A stretch of 64,000 nt of DNA from an uncultured Gammaproteobacteria bacterium (GTDB lineage: Bacteria > Pseudomonadota > Gammaproteobacteria > CAKMZV01). Shown here in pieces: positions 63,069 through 64,000 of the stretch. The stretch covers positions 25,171 through 89,170 of the forward strand of contig CAKMZV010000003.1 of the NCBI GenBank assembly GCA_929200535.1, given 5' to 3'. The notes beneath the pieces are model-generated. The model saw only the letters and a list, made by a program, of their open reading frames with translations. It made no database searches and was not told the origin of the DNA. Each line of letters starts with the position of its first letter. Within the stretch, counting starts at the first letter, position 1. The translations under genes were made by a program, and so were the position numbers.

Positions 63069-63084
63069 TCGTATTTGAATGCAC

Positions 63085-64000
63085 ATGAAAAAAATAAACC
63101 CACTTTTTATTATTGTCTTGTTATATATTGCTTTCTATGCTATTTGGAGAAATTTATTTTTCTTCTCAGAGTTTAGAGTAGAAGTTACCCTCTTTCGAAA
63201 TTTAGGGATTATCTTATTAATATTAACAACGCTATTTTACACAATTAAAAGAGGTATAAATTACCAACCTACCAACATCTTGCTATATGCTTTCGGTATA
63301 TATAGCTTCACCCAATATATGGTACTATCTGCTGAACAAAGCCAAATTTATGTGGCAATATTTTCTATATCTATTCCCTTAACCTACTTGGCAGCACAAA
63401 TATTTTCATATAAACTTGATTTTTTATTTATAAAAAAAATATTGATTTTTTTATTTTTATTGATGTGTATTAGCTATTTTATAGTTAATATTTCCAACAC
63501 TGCTGGTAGTTTTTTCATTCACTCTGGAGATCGAATGAGGCACACATTTGGATTTATAAGACCAAGTCAAAATGCTGAAATAATACTTGTTATGTTCTAT
63601 GCTTTAGCTCTATTACACACTCACTCAATGATAAAAAAGATAAATTCTTTCTTTATTTTTGTTCTTATTTTAATTATGTTGTATTTATCCGGTGCAAAGG
63701 CTGCTATGGTGAGCCTTATAGTATTTTTTGCATCTATAGCTATTTTCCCAAAAATTAAAACTCAAAAGGCATTTCTTGGTATTTGTTTTGTTTTTTTTGT
63801 ACTGTTTTTTATAGTGGTTTATATTATATTAACTCAATTCACTTTTTCAGAATTAAACAGGATTTCCAGCACTAGGCTTATCATTTGGACTAATCACTTC
63901 AACTATTATTGTGAAGACCTTATGGATTTTATTTTTGGAAGTAGTAAAATATATGAAATAAGTCGTGTTTTTCATACAGATTCTTTCTATGTAGATTTGC
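63085..64000 (+). CDS. O-antigen ligase/polymerase family membrane protein (3'-truncated by window edge)
   Basis: Hand-translated open frame MKKINPLFIIVLL...; many TM helices; LSGAKAA, SSTRLIIW, FIFG and HTDSFYVDL echo Wzy_C/WaaL motifs. Confidence 0.65.
   Translation, partial: MKKINPLFIIVLLYIAFYAIWRNLFFFSEFRVEVTLFRNLGIILLILTTLFYTIKRGINYQPTNILLYAFGIYSFTQYMVLSAEQSQIYVAIFSISIPLTYLAAQIFSYKLDFLFIKKILIFLFLLMCISYFIVNISNTAGSFFIHSGDRMRHTFGFIRPSQNAEIILVMFYALALLHTHSMIKKINSFFIFVLILIMLYLSGAKAAMVSLIVFFASIAIFPKIKTQKAFLGICFVFFVLFFIVVYIILTQFTFSELNRISSTRLIIWTNHFNYYCEDLMDFIFGSSKIYEISRVFHTDSFYVDL

Overview
AT-rich bacterial chromosomal window, most consistent with a sulfur-oxidising, probably marine gammaproteobacterium (inferred from gene content; not classified). 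Positions 1-21,000 are mostly housekeeping genes: soeABC, leuA, pssA, nrdAB, lysE-like, metZ, a TPR-glycosyltransferase, a CPBP protease, dsbD, glmM and bhmT. The NrdB carries class Ic (Mn/Fe, radical-tyrosine-free) signature residues, and three unannotated small membrane ORFs lie between dsbD and glmM. Positions 21,100-64,000 form a surface-glycan super-locus with two different assembly lines, each headed by an apparently identical 3,878-bp copy of a 2-hydroxyethylphosphonate (HEP) cassette (cytidylyltransferase-PepM, Ppd, Fe-ADH reductase; 22605-26482 and 49532-53409). Line 1 is Wzx/Wzy-type, with a tandem-domain LicD, L-FucNAm genes, a Neisseria pglB2-like module and decayed gmd/fcl. Its wzy is split at a T8 tract. 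Line 2 is PglK/Wzk-flippase type, with TagF-like and LicD phosphotransferases, GT25 and GT2 paralogues and an O-antigen-ligase-like gene running off the window end. Gene relics at both repeat borders record how the duplication arose, and the 26,927-bp unit between the repeats could be excised or amplified by recombination. All family assignments come from motif recognition by eye; no database searches were run.
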